From NCBI GenBank assembly GCA_963703315.1, contig OY969811.1, forward strand, positions 896,001-960,000: 64,000 nt of DNA, in the 5' to 3' direction. Position 1 is the first letter of the stretch. Each line of letters opens with the position of its first letter. This document shows positions 39,612-50,007 of the stretch, in pieces. The notes below the pieces were generated by a model, which searched no databases, had not been told where the DNA came from, and saw nothing but the letters and a program-made list of their open reading frames with translations. Both the position numbers and the translations under genes were made by a program. Source of the stretch: an uncultured cyanobacterium (GTDB lineage Bacteria; Cyanobacteriota; Cyanobacteriia; Pseudanabaenales; Pseudanabaenaceae).

Positions 39612-42481
39612 ATGCCAGACCATACTCATATTCACGTTAGAGGTGCTAGACAGCACAACCTCAAAAATGTTGACCTGACGATTCCCCGCGATCGCCTGAT
39701 CGTGTTTACAGGTGTGTCTGGCTCTGGTAAATCGTCCCTAGCTTTTGACACGATTTTTGCTGAAGGTCAACGCCGCTATGTGGAGTCGCTGAGTGCCTAT
39801 GCGCGGCAGTTTTTAGGACAGGTTGATAAGCCCGATGTGGACTACATCGAGGGCTTGAGTCCTGCAATTTCGATTGACCAAAAATCAACTTCCCATAATC
39901 CGCGCTCAACGGTCGGCACGGTCACCGAGATTTATGACTATTTGCGACTGCTGTTTGGTCGCGCAGGTTCACCCCATTGTCCAATCTGCGATCGCAATAT
40001 TGCTCCCCAGACCATAGATCGGATGGTGGACTCGATTATGGAATTAGGCGATCGCACTAAGTTTCAATTATTAGCACCCGTAATTCGTGGCAAAAAGGGA
40101 ACTCATAAGAAATTATTGTCAGGCTTAGCCAGTGAAGGTTTTGCGCGAGTGCGGGTGGATGGAGAAGTACGTGAACTGAGCGACAATATTGAACTGGATA
40201 AGAACAAACTCCATGATATTGAAATTGTGGTTGATCGTCTAGTTCGCAAAAATGATATTCAAGAACGTTTAACCGATTCTCTGGCAACTTGTTTAAAACG
40301 TGCCGAAGGGATTGCAATGGTCGAGATTTTACCCTCATCCCCAGCCCCTAAATCTGAAAAGGTTAGCAATTTGCTAACCTTTTCAGAAAACTTTGCTTGT
40401 CCTGAGCATGGCGCAGTAATGGAAGAACTATCGCCACGGATGTTCTCGTTTAACTCTCCCTATGGCGCTTGTCCATCCTGTCATGGTTTGGGAAGTATCA
40501 AAATCTTTAATCCTGAGTTGTTAGTTCCTGATCCGTCTTTACCTGTGTATGCCGCGATCGCACCTTGGGCGGACAAAACCCATACTTACTATATTTCGCT
40601 CCTATCTAGTGTGGGCGAGTATGCTGGTTTTGAGATTACGACACCTTGGGAAAAGCTCTCTCAGGCTCAGATTGATATTATTTTGCATGGCACTACAGAG
40701 AAGATTTTAATTAAGCCAGACTCGCTCTATCGCGAACGCAGTGAAGGATATTACAAACGCTATGAAGGGGCGATCGCTATTCTCGAACAGCAATATAAGG
40801 AGGCGGGTGAATCACAAAGACAGAAGTTAGAGAACTATCTGATCGAAGAGTCTTGCTCAACCTGTGACGGAACAAGGCTGAAACCAGAATCTCTCGCAGT
40901 GAGGATTGGTGGTTACAATATTAACGATTTTGTGTCAGCACCAATTGGGACTTGTCGCGATCGCCTCAAAAATCTCGATCTTGATGCACGCACTCGACAA
41001 ATAGGCGATCGGGTATTACAAGAAATCGAAGCCAGATTGCAATTTCTACTCGATGTTGGTTTAGATTACCTTACCCTTGATCGCTCCACCATGTCCCTAT
41101 CTGGTGGGGAAGCCCAACGCATTCGCCTCGCTACTCAAATCGGTTCAGGTTTAACAGGTGTTCTTTATGTCTTGGATGAGCCTAGTATTGGACTCCATCA
41201 AAGAGATAACTCGCGACTACTTGCCACATTAACGAAACTGCGTGATCTCGGCAATACTTTAATCGTAGTGGAACATGATGAAGAAACTATTCGCGCCGCC
41301 GATTATCTTGTCGATATCGGACCGGGAGCAGGAGTGCATGGTGGAAGAATTGTGGCACAGGGTAGTGTTAAAGAAATTGAGCAACATCCCGAATCCCTTA
41401 CAGGTGCGTATCTCTCTAAACAGAAACAAATTCATACACCCGCAGAACGCCGCGAAGGTAATGGCAAGCATCTCGAAATCTGTAACGCTTATCTCAATAA
41501 CTTAAAACATATTAATGTTCAGATTCCTCTAGGAAAACTGGTATGTATTACAGGTGTGTCAGGCTCAGGTAAATCCACCTTAATTAATGATTTACTGCAC
41601 CATTCCCTTGAACATAATTTTTCGCGCAAAGTGCCAGTTCCTAAAGGTATTGATGAAGTCAAAGGACTGAAGCACCTTGATAAATTCATCGTCATCGATC
41701 AATCGCCAATCGGACGCACACCCCGTTCCAATCCTGCCACCTACACAGGACTATTCGATGTCATCCGTGAAACCTTCGCGCTGACCACTGCTGCCAAAAC
41801 GAGAGGTTACAAAGCAGGACAGTTCTCTTTTAATGTGAAAGGCGGACGTTGTGAAGCTTGTTCTGGACAAGGCGTGAATATCATTTCCATGAACTTCCTG
41901 CCCGATGTCTATGTGCAGTGCGATGTCTGTAAAGGCGCAAGATATAATCGCGAAACACTGCAAGTTAAGTACAAAGAGAAGACGATCGCCGATGTGCTAG
42001 ATATGACCATCGAAGAAGCGATGCATTTCTTTGAGAATATTCCCTCTGCTCATGCCAAATTAGGAATGCTAGTGGATGTCGGTTTAGGTTATGTACGTCT
42101 CGGTCAGTCTGCCCCCACGCTCTCAGGTGGTGAAGCCCAACGGGTGAAGTTAGCGACAGAACTGGCGCGACGGGCGACGGGTAAAACCCTCTATCTCATT
42201 GATGAACCGACTACGGGTTTAAGTTTTTACGATGTGCATAAATTGCTGGATGTAATGCAGCGCCTTGTCGATAAGGGCAATAGCATTATTACAATTGAGC
42301 ATAATCTCGATGTAATTCGCTGTGCTGATTGGGTGATTGATCTGGGCCAGAAGGAGGCGATCGCGGTGGTGAGATTATCGCTGAAGGCACACCCGAACAG
42401 GTTGCTAAAGTGAAGAAATCTTACACAGGCAAATATCTCAAACAAGTATTAGCTGAATATCCCCGCAGTGTAAAACTCTAA
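39612..42481 (+). CDS. uvrA: Excinuclease ABC subunit A, with an apparent one-base frameshift at ~42344-42348
   Basis: Two Walker A motifs (GVSGSGKS), zinc fingers, LSGGEAQR twice; the conserved tail [17 protein letters not shown]...SYTGKYL continues in another frame to TAA at 42479-42481. Confidence 0.95.
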
Positions 42482-42575
42482 AAGTTGTGGCGCACGCGCA
42501 GCGTGCGCCACAACTTTTAGGATATTAACCCAGAAGTGAGTTGCGGCGCATCGCGCCGCAACTCACTTCTGGGTT
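42478..42575. repeat. Adjacent family A and family B palindromes
   Basis: CTAAAAGTTGTGGCGCACGC-GCA-... (42478-42520) and AACCCAGAAGTGAGTTGCGGCGC-ATC-... (42527-42575). Confidence 0.85.
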
Positions 42576-42669
42576 TTTGATTTGTACTAGCTAACTCTTG
42601 CTTTGCTATATATTACTGACACAGGTAAAATATTAGCAATCACAATGATTTGGGGCGCATATCCTGTCT

Positions 42670-43437
42670 ATGACTGACAAAGAACAAATGAGCCTATTTG
42701 ATCTGACACCATCGGAAGTCCCTTTAACGGAGCTTCCCAAAGCCGATGGTGTGGCTCCGCCAGCCCAAAAAACTGCGCGTTCCAGTAAAAGTAATGCTGC
42801 CCCAATTGCTGCTGTGCCAGTGAATGAGCAGTTTGCCAGTCTAGATGCATTAAAGGAAGCAGCTTGTAATTGCCAAAAATGTCCGCTCGCCCCAACTCGG
42901 ACTAATGTGGTCGTAGAAAGAGGCGATCGCCAAGCAAAAATCCTGATCATTGGTGAAGCCCCAGGGGAGCAAGAGGATTTATCAGGTTTACCCTTTGTCG
43001 GTAAGTCGGGACAGCTTTTAGATAAAATTCTGGAATCCGTAGGTTTTGACACCAATAAAGATGTCTATATTTGCAATACCGTCAAATGCCGTCCGCCGAA
43101 TAATCGTGTCCCTACGGAAGTCGAAACTACTACTTGCAAACCCTATTTGCTCGAACAAATTCGCCTTGTCGATCCCAAAATTATTTTGCTGACGGGGGCA
43201 ACATCCCTAAAATCAATTCTTGGCGAAAAGTTAGGCATTACTAAAGTTCGTGGTCAATGGTATGAGTGGGAAGGGCGTTTAGTGATGCCAATTTTTCACC
43301 CCTCCTATTTATTACGCAATCAGAGCCGTGAGCAGGGCAGTCCGAAGTGGTTAACATGGCAAGATGTTAAAACGATTAAAGCCAAATATTTAGAAATAAT
43401 AGGCACAGATCCTGTAGATGATGATGAGGAATTTTAG
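42670..43437 (+). CDS. Uracil-DNA glycosylase, family 4 (Fe-S)
   Basis: CQKCPL, GEAPG, KCRPPNNR, HPSYLLR. Confidence 0.93.
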   Translation: MTDKEQMSLFDLTPSEVPLTELPKADGVAPPAQKTARSSKSNAAPIAAVPVNEQFASLDALKEAACNCQKCPLAPTRTNVVVERGDRQAKILIIGEAPGEQEDLSGLPFVGKSGQLLDKILESVGFDTNKDVYICNTVKCRPPNNRVPTEVETTTCKPYLLEQIRLVDPKIILLTGATSLKSILGEKLGITKVRGQWYEWEGRLVMPIFHPSYLLRNQSREQGSPKWLTWQDVKTIKAKYLEIIGTDPVDDDEEF

Positions 43438-43727
43438 TGAGTAACGTAAGAGCTGATTTAGAAAAAATGGTCGATGTGGCACTGTGGGAATGGTTATCTC
43501 CCCATGCGGCAAGGGCAAGAGTAATTTTGGTTGGGGGTAATCTCGATCTTGTAGATGTAGGGATTGCGCTGACGGAGGACAATACACAGTTAGTCCAATC
43601 ATGGATCGAGGATAGTTGGTTACGTCATCCTACCGCCGAGGAGCTTAGTGCTTGGAATGCTAACAAGGAAAAAGAGTTTACGAGTTTGGTAGTACCGCCT
43701 TTTGTTCTTGTGAGGATTACTTCATAG
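43437..43727 (+). CDS. DUF2288-family protein
   Basis: WEWLSPHAAR, LDLVDVG, LVVPPFVL. Confidence 0.82.
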   Translation: MSNVRADLEKMVDVALWEWLSPHAARARVILVGGNLDLVDVGIALTEDNTQLVQSWIEDSWLRHPTAEELSAWNANKEKEFTSLVVPPFVLVRITS

Positions 43728-43777
43728 AAAAAGCCTTGCGCCGCGAGGCTTTTTCTAGCTACACATTCTAGCGACAC

Positions 43778-43813
43778 AAAAAAGAGGGAGCAATTAGTTG
43801 CTCCCTCTTTTTT
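43778..43813. terminator. Bidirectional terminator-like hairpin
   Basis: AAAAAAGAGGGAGCAA-TTAG-TTGCTCCCTCTTTTTT. Confidence 0.65.
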
Positions 43814-43825
43814 ATTGACAGTAAC

Positions 43826-43894
43826 CAAAGAAAAAAGCCTAGGTTACTTTCCCTGTTTCGTTCCTAGGCTTTTTTCTTTGTTCGCTCCTCACAC
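43826..43894 (-). ncRNA. yfr2: Yfr2-family small RNA
   Basis: 5' end GTGTGAGGAGCGAA, then an 18-bp stem whose loop carries GAAACAGGGAAAG; promoter TAGACA-17-TATAGT (43929-43901). Confidence 0.75.
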
Positions 43895-44193
43895 CTCTAT
43901 ACTATACATCTGTCTTCTGGAAATGTCTACTAGGTTGCCAAGAAATTAGCGGTTTTTTTGTACGCCTTTTGGCTGATATTTGCTATTTAGTGCGATCGCT
44001 ACCCATCTAGGGGAGGCGCAAAGCCTTAATTTGCCTAGCGATCGCGCTGGTGTGATTATTAAAAAGATAGGTATTGCAAAGTGAATAATTTATTGGTGTA
44101 CAGTTGCCTTATTCAACTCATTAATCAAAATTGCTGTTTTATGCCAACATTTGCTACTATAGGAGTCTGCTTTTTGATAAAGTAGATTCTTAT

Positions 44194-44265
44194 GGGTGAC
44201 TGGCGCAGTGGTAGCGCATCGGACTCTTAATCCGCTGGTCCTGGGTTCGAATCCCAGGTCACCCA
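44194..44265 (+). tRNA. trnK: tRNA-Lys (anticodon CTT); CCA not encoded
   Basis: Acceptor stem GGGTGAC/GTCACCC, D loop AGTGGTA, anticodon loop CTCTTAA, T loop TTCGAAT. Confidence 0.95.
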
Positions 44266-44282
44266 TTTTTCAATTTATTGCT

Positions 44283-45209
44283 CTAGTTAATTGGGTGTAA
44301 AACTACGATTGGTTGTAGATCTGAGCCGATCGCCTCACTCACACCTAAAAATTGTTGATCAGAGCCATAGGTACGGATGTAATTATAAATTTCTGATGTT
44401 GATGATTTTTCAGATGAGCTAGTGATAAGAAAAGATTCATCCTTAATTGTTTGCCCCATACACCAACGTTTGGTCTGATCTTCATCAAGAGTCACCATCG
44501 GTAAAAAATGCAAGCCATGATCAGGTGCAAGTACTTCGAGACTATGCGATCGCATAAGTTCTGCAACCTGCTCAAAAGTCAAACTCGCAGCCAAATCGAA
44601 TCCGTTACTGTAAGTACGCCTTAGTGAGGATAAAGTCGCTCCATAACCAAGCTTCTCTCCCAAATCTCTAGCAATGGAGCGAATATAGGTTCCTGAGCCA
44701 CAGGCGATCGCCACATCTATTTCTGGATAATCCCCCTCAGCCCATCCTAATACCTTAATTTCTGTAATTTCTACCTCACGCAGAGGAATATCAGCTTCCG
44801 TGATTTCTCCCCGACGTGCTAGATCATAAAGACGTTTCCCATTGACTTGAATCGCACTAAAGGCAGGAGGACGTTGGGTGATTTTTCCTGTAAATAATGG
44901 TAGTAACTGCTCAACATCAGCGAGTTTTAAATTTGGACAGGGGCGATCGCCGATCACTTCACCCGTAATGTCATCAGTATTCGTAACAATCCCAAATCGA
45001 ATCTTGGCAACATAAGCTTTACCTTCAGGCAAAAATCGTAAAAGTCTAGTCGCATTGCCAACGGCGATCGGTAAAACTCCTGTTGCCATTGGATCGAGCG
45101 TACCGCCATGCCCTATTTTTTTTTGCTTAAGTAACTTGCGTAACTGGCTCACACAGTCATGAGCAGTGATGATTGGCGGCTTATTAATACTGATAAATCC
45201 ATTAAACAT
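44283..45209 (-). CDS. truB: tRNA pseudouridine(55) synthase
   Basis: GHGGTLDPMATG, GTYIRSIARDLG; start set at the ATG of MFNGF. Confidence 0.96.
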   Translation of the reverse strand: MFNGFISINKPPIITAHDCVSQLRKLLKQKKIGHGGTLDPMATGVLPIAVGNATRLLRFLPEGKAYVAKIRFGIVTNTDDITGEVIGDRPCPNLKLADVEQLLPLFTGKITQRPPAFSAIQVNGKRLYDLARRGEITEADIPLREVEITEIKVLGWAEGDYPEIDVAIACGSGTYIRSIARDLGEKLGYGATLSSLRRTYSNGFDLAASLTFEQVAELMRSHSLEVLAPDHGLHFLPMVTLDEDQTKRWCMGQTIKDESFLITSSSEKSSTSEIYNYIRTYGSDQQFLGVSEAIGSDLQPIVVLHPIN

Positions 45210-45527
45210 AAAAAAATATTGAGGTGTAGGGGGTGTTAAATCTGTCACCATTTGCGAGACGAGTGGCGGCGCTTCGCCCCGCCACTCGCATTCTGGGTTT
45301 GACTGGAAACAGCCATAAATGTGAAGAGTCGTATTACCCGTCATTTAATGGAACGAAAGCAAGAAAAATTTGTCATAAAATGGGTACAGTAGATAAAAGA
45401 ATAATTCCTTTAAATTTGTACTAGTCTTGAAAATTTCTCTAGACCATTACACCTTATTGATTTCTATTGCTAGTTTCAAGGATTTTACATTTTTGCTTTC
45501 ACCATTTGCGATACGGGGTGAGATAAG

Positions 45528-46301
45528 TTGACTCGATTTGTATTCGGCGATATTCATGGTCAATTTGATGGCTTAATGAAGTTAATTAACTTCATTGGGT
45601 GTAGTTCTGACGATAAATTATTTTTTTTAGGCGACTTAATCGATCGCGGCGCTCGGAGTGCTGATGTTGTGCAATGGGTGATCGCGAATAATCACACTTG
45701 TATTAAGGGCAATCATGAACAAATGTGTCTTGATGCCTTTAGTAGTAATGAAGGATCACTGATTTGGAAAGGATGGTTGCTTAATGGTGGGACTAACACC
45801 TTACAAAGCTACGAAGACGAAAAATTACTCAAAGAGCATATCGAGTGGATGAAGGATTTACCACTCTATGTAGATTTAGGTGATGCGTGGTTAGTCCATG
45901 CGGGTCTAAATCCTAATTTACCGCTTGAGTTGCAGGGGGCAGCCGAGTTTTGTTGGATTCGCGAAGAATTTCACAGTGCGATCGAGCCATTTTTTGATGA
46001 CAAACTGATTATTACTGGACATACAATTACCTTTGTTTTTCCGGGGGTAAAACCGGGAAATTTAGTATTAGGTAAAGGATGGCTAGATATTGACACAGGT
46101 GGTTATCACCCTAAAAGTGGCTGGCTGACTGCCTTGGATCTCGATTCTGCAAAAGTGTATCAGTGCAATACTTTTACCAATGAGTTAAGAGTGAATGCAT
46201 TACCTGACATTACCAGCGTCATTGAGCCAATGCTTTCACGATCGCAAAAAGCCGCAGTTGGAAAATCTAATAGTCCAAAGCGGCGTTGGTCTTGGGTGTA
46301 A
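45528..46301 (+). CDS. Ser/Thr phosphatase-family metallophosphoesterase
   Basis: GDIHG, GDLIDRG, GNHE, GHT. Confidence 0.92.
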   Translation: MTRFVFGDIHGQFDGLMKLINFIGCSSDDKLFFLGDLIDRGARSADVVQWVIANNHTCIKGNHEQMCLDAFSSNEGSLIWKGWLLNGGTNTLQSYEDEKLLKEHIEWMKDLPLYVDLGDAWLVHAGLNPNLPLELQGAAEFCWIREEFHSAIEPFFDDKLIITGHTITFVFPGVKPGNLVLGKGWLDIDTGGYHPKSGWLTALDLDSAKVYQCNTFTNELRVNALPDITSVIEPMLSRSQKAAVGKSNSPKRRWSWV

Positions 46302-46317
46302 GGGATAAGCCTCTTGC

Positions 46318-47172
46318 TTAAGGTGAAAGTAAAACTTGATATAAATCAGGACGGCGATCGCGGAAAAATCCAAAGGAAGCCCGATTTAGTCGCACTTGAT
46401 CGAGATCAAATTCGGCAGTGATTACGCCTTCTTCACTATCATTTAATTCTGCAACCTTATCGCCACGTTGGTTCGCAATAAAGGAATGACCATAAAAAGT
46501 TTGATTGCCCTCTAAGCCAATGCGATTGGCGGCAGCAACAGGAATCACATTACTCACAGCATGACCAATCATGGCGCGTTGCCAAGGATCTTTGGTATTT
46601 AGATTTGGCTCCTCTGGCTCAGAACCGATCGCTGTTGGATATAGCAAAATTTCTGCACCCATCAGCACCATTGCTCGCGCACATTCAGGAAACCATTGAT
46701 CCCAACAGATGCCAACCCCAATTTTGCCAAAGGTGGTATCCCAAACCTTAAAGCCTGTATCGCCATTGCGGAAATAAAACTTTTCTTCGTAACCAGGTCC
46801 ATCGGGAATATGGCTTTTACGATAGATCCCTAGTAATGAGCCGTCAGCATCGATCATCGCCAAACTGTTGTAATAAACCTGTTGCGATCGCTCAAAAAAT
46901 GAGACTGGGATCACCACATTAAGCTCTTTGGCAAGTTTCTGGAAATGAGCGATTGTCGGATGATTTTCCACAGGTTGCGCCCAATCAAAAAAGTGATCGC
47001 GTTCTTCGCGACAAAAATAAGCACCTTCAAATAATTCTGGGGGCAAAATTACCTGTGCGCCTTGATGGGCAGCTTTACTTACTAATTCAGAGATTTTCGC
47101 GACGTTAGTAGCAACATCCGCATTTAAAGACGCTTGAATAACAGCGATCGTGACAGTTTTAGAGGGTAACAT
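46318..47172 (-). CDS. aguB: N-carbamoylputrescine amidase
   Basis: ELF, YRKSHIPDGPGYEEKFYF, ICWDQWFPE, YPTAIGSEP. Confidence 0.93.
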   Translation of the reverse strand: MLPSKTVTIAVIQASLNADVATNVAKISELVSKAAHQGAQVILPPELFEGAYFCREERDHFFDWAQPVENHPTIAHFQKLAKELNVVIPVSFFERSQQVYYNSLAMIDADGSLLGIYRKSHIPDGPGYEEKFYFRNGDTGFKVWDTTFGKIGVGICWDQWFPECARAMVLMGAEILLYPTAIGSEPEEPNLNTKDPWQRAMIGHAVSNVIPVAAANRIGLEGNQTFYGHSFIANQRGDKVAELNDSEEGVITAEFDLDQVRLNRASFGFFRDRRPDLYQVLLSP

Positions 47173-47316
47173 CAGCAAATATGATAGAAACGTTAAAATA
47201 GAACTACATAGCCTTTACCACGTTAAAACCCAAAAATTAAGAGGTGGCGCAAAGTGCTGCATCTTAATTTTTGGGTAGCAGCTTTATCAATAGCCTAGCG
47301 CAGTACGAAAAAATCT

Positions 47317-47535
47317 ATGAAAAAACTTGTCATTTTATTGATTCAGTTTTATCGATTGTTTATTTCACCATTGTTTCCGCCGAGATGTCGGTTTCAGCCA
47401 ACTTGCTCGCAATATGCGATGACGGCGATCGATCGCTTTGGCATAGTCAAAGGAGGTGGGCTAACGGTGAAAAGGGTGTGTAGCTGTCATCCTTGGCATA
47501 TTGGGGGATATGATCCTGTACCAACGAAAGAATAA
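47317..47535 (+). CDS. yidD: Membrane protein insertion efficiency factor
   Basis: [23 protein letters not shown]. Confidence 0.94.
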   Translation: MKKLVILLIQFYRLFISPLFPPRCRFQPTCSQYAMTAIDRFGIVKGGGLTVKRVCSCHPWHIGGYDPVPTKE

Positions 47536-47591
47536 TAACCAGCTTTTGTGTGGCGCAGCTTCGCCGCGCAAAAGCTGAAATCGCAGAACCA

Positions 47592-48680
47592 TTAGGCAGA
47601 TTGACATAAACACAAATCCTCTATGATCGCCACAACATTATTCAGGCTGATATCATCTCGCCCTAGAAAAGTCCGTAAATCTAAAATTGCTTGTTCGTAT
47701 TCTTGTGTAAAGCGATAAACAGCGATCGGCTGAAGCTCTGTACGAGAAAGTTTTTGAACCTTCATTACTCCAGTACGCACCGCACCAATTAATTCGCGAG
47801 AAAGCTCAGAAATAGCTCTTTGTCTGAAATGACGAAATCCACGAACACTGGTGGCATACATTGGTGGCAAGCGATTCAAGGCGTATGCAGTTACCTCACT
47901 TTTGTTGATTTGCTCATACATTTCAGGAGTTACCACCTTCTCAATTACTAAAACTACAAGGTGTTCTAATACATTTATAATTCCTAACTCTGCTTGTAAT
48001 GTGTAGGCTTCTAGCGCTCTATATTCCATTTCTAATGCATCCTTGGCTCTTTTTTCACTAGACCATGACCCTTCAGAAAGATAGAGATGAGATGCCCAAG
48101 CTTGTTCCACTTCTAGACGCAAAGCTTCCTGCTGCTTTTGAATTAGCTGCTTTTGCATAAACCGTTTTGAACTAGACAATAAGGCGCGGTGATGACGTGT
48201 TAAATGACTTACCTGCTGAAACTTCGTTTCTCCAACATCTTGAATTAATGTTTGATCCTGTGAGTCATCTATTTGACTAGTACAGTTCCCAAACATCTCT
48301 TTAACAATGACAGGAACATCTCGCCATCGTAAATATTTGCGCTTAAAAATTTGCTTTACTTGATGCAAGACTCCTGCACTATTTAAGAATAAATTATTAG
48401 GTAAAGGCGTAACATCATGTAAAGGATCACCGAATAAAACAGTCTGAATACCATACTTAACTATTTGAGAAATTTGCGAATTTAATTCATTTAAAGCATA
48501 TTCATATTGATATTTCCAACCGTTCATAGATGTAGCGCACAGTGGAGGCAATCGATTAAGTGCATAAGCTGTTACCTCTGCAACTTTGATTTTGGGTTGT
48601 ATCTCTGGTCGAAGTTCTTCAATTTGAATGCGAACTTCTTTAACAATAATCTCTTCTAAGACATTGATAAATGCACGCAT
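47592..48680 (-). CDS. ComFB-family protein with two ComFB domains
   Basis: NVLE...EVTAYALNRLPP.{2}ATS..G motif present twice. Confidence 0.85.
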   Translation of the reverse strand: MRAFINVLEEIIVKEVRIQIEELRPEIQPKIKVAEVTAYALNRLPPLCATSMNGWKYQYEYALNELNSQISQIVKYGIQTVLFGDPLHDVTPLPNNLFLNSAGVLHQVKQIFKRKYLRWRDVPVIVKEMFGNCTSQIDDSQDQTLIQDVGETKFQQVSHLTRHHRALLSSSKRFMQKQLIQKQQEALRLEVEQAWASHLYLSEGSWSSEKRAKDALEMEYRALEAYTLQAELGIINVLEHLVVLVIEKVVTPEMYEQINKSEVTAYALNRLPPMYATSVRGFRHFRQRAISELSRELIGAVRTGVMKVQKLSRTELQPIAVYRFTQEYEQAILDLRTFLGRDDISLNNVVAIIEDLCLCQSA

Positions 48681-48976
48681 AAATTTTTGCTTACTTAAAA
48701 TTTAGCTATTAATATTTAGTTAGTTAATAAAGTATGCAGTTTAATTTTTCTAATTAATCTGATGTTTACTGAATTACAAAAAAACAAGTTCAATAAACAT
48801 ATTATTTTCTTGATTTCCCCGTAGAAAAATTATTTAATAGCCTTTATTACTACAAATTAATGTATCAAATAACTTTAGCTAAATTAATAGTACAAATTGC
48901 GTAACTTGTATAATAGGATACAATTTAAAAATCATTAAAGTTATGAATAACTATAAAAATAATAAACATTTTGTTT

Positions 48977-49138
48977 TATAGCATTTCATAGAGGATTGTT
49001 TCCCCGCCTTTGGCGGGGAAACAATCCTCTATACCTCGCTTGCTTGAAAAGCGCTATGTAGCAAAGAAAATTTTCTAGGACATAAAACCCAAGAAGCGAG
49101 TGGCGGCGCTTTGCGCCGCCACTCGCTTCTTGGGTTTT
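48977..49138. repeat. Adjacent family C (48977-49057) and family B (core 49084-49138) elements
   Basis: TGTTTCCCCGCC-TTT-GGCGGGGAAACA and AAAACCCAAGAAGCGAGTGGCGGCGC-TTT-GCGCCGCCACTCGCTTCTTGGGTTTT. Confidence 0.85.
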
Positions 49139-49155
49139 GGTATAACGTGAAAGCT

Positions 49156-49884
49156 TTAACCCAGTCGATAGCCAAAACCTCTAACGGTCACGATATGTTT
49201 AGGATCGCTAGGGTCAATTTCGATTTTTTCGCGTAACCAACGAATATGAACATCAACAGTTTTGCTATCACCAACAAAATCAACCCCCCAAACCTTTTCT
49301 AGCAACTGCTCGCGTGACCAAACGCGACGCGGATGACTCATAAATAGATCTAATAGGCGGAATTCTTTAGGAGAAAGATTAATTTCGGCTTCATTGATCG
49401 TCACCCGACATTCATCGGGATACATGGTGATATCCCCAAATTTATAAACAGTGGCATTAGTTGCGACAAATTCTCGACGACTGCGGCGTAGCAATGCTCG
49501 ACAACGCGCCACTAATTCACGCATCCCAAAGGGCTTGCTGAGATAGTCATCGGCTCCGACTTCTAAGCCCACAATGCGATCGGATTCGTTACCCTTAGCA
49601 CTAATCATCAAAACAGGAACGTTATTACCTTCATGACGTAAAATGCGGCAGAAGTCTAGCCCATTAATCGAAGGCAACATCACATCTAGAATAACTAAGT
49701 CTAGCCTTGCAACCGTTTTGGCTATTTGCAGAGCATTGTAGCCATCTTCTGCTAAAAAAACGCTATATCCATCTTCTTGCAAAGCTAAAGCGATCGCCTC
49801 TTGAATAATTGCTTCGTCTTCTACCACCAAGACACAACCGACAGTGTTTTTAGAAGCTGAGGGAGGCTGTTCTGTTAAGAGCAT
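49156..49884 (-). CDS. sphR: OmpR-family response regulator, SphR/PhoB-like
   Basis: REC plus winged helix; LFMSHPRRVWSREQLLEKVWG.DFVGDSKTVDVHIRWLREK. Confidence 0.8.
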   Translation of the reverse strand: MLLTEQPPSASKNTVGCVLVVEDEAIIQEAIALALQEDGYSVFLAEDGYNALQIAKTVARLDLVILDVMLPSINGLDFCRILRHEGNNVPVLMISAKGNESDRIVGLEVGADDYLSKPFGMRELVARCRALLRRSRREFVATNATVYKFGDITMYPDECRVTINEAEINLSPKEFRLLDLFMSHPRRVWSREQLLEKVWGVDFVGDSKTVDVHIRWLREKIEIDPSDPKHIVTVRGFGYRLG

Positions 49885-50007
49885 AAAAAATTTCTATTAG
49901 GTTGGTCTAACCGTATCCAATTTTACATTGATCTATAGTTAATTATGTAGTCAGGTTTATATTTTTCTGGCATTGTTAAAGAAACGTATAAACCGATATT
50001 TCACAAA

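Noticed and set aside
44194..44283. tRNA-Lys as an integration site
   Set aside because: No integrase and no duplicated tRNA 3' end was seen; truB follows directly.
45210..45344. N-terminal extension of TruB
   Set aside because: It runs through a family B palindrome; TruB similarity starts at MFNGF.
49913..49926. GTA-N8-TAC upstream of sphR
   Set aside because: Too close to the start codon for an activating geometry, and likely by chance.
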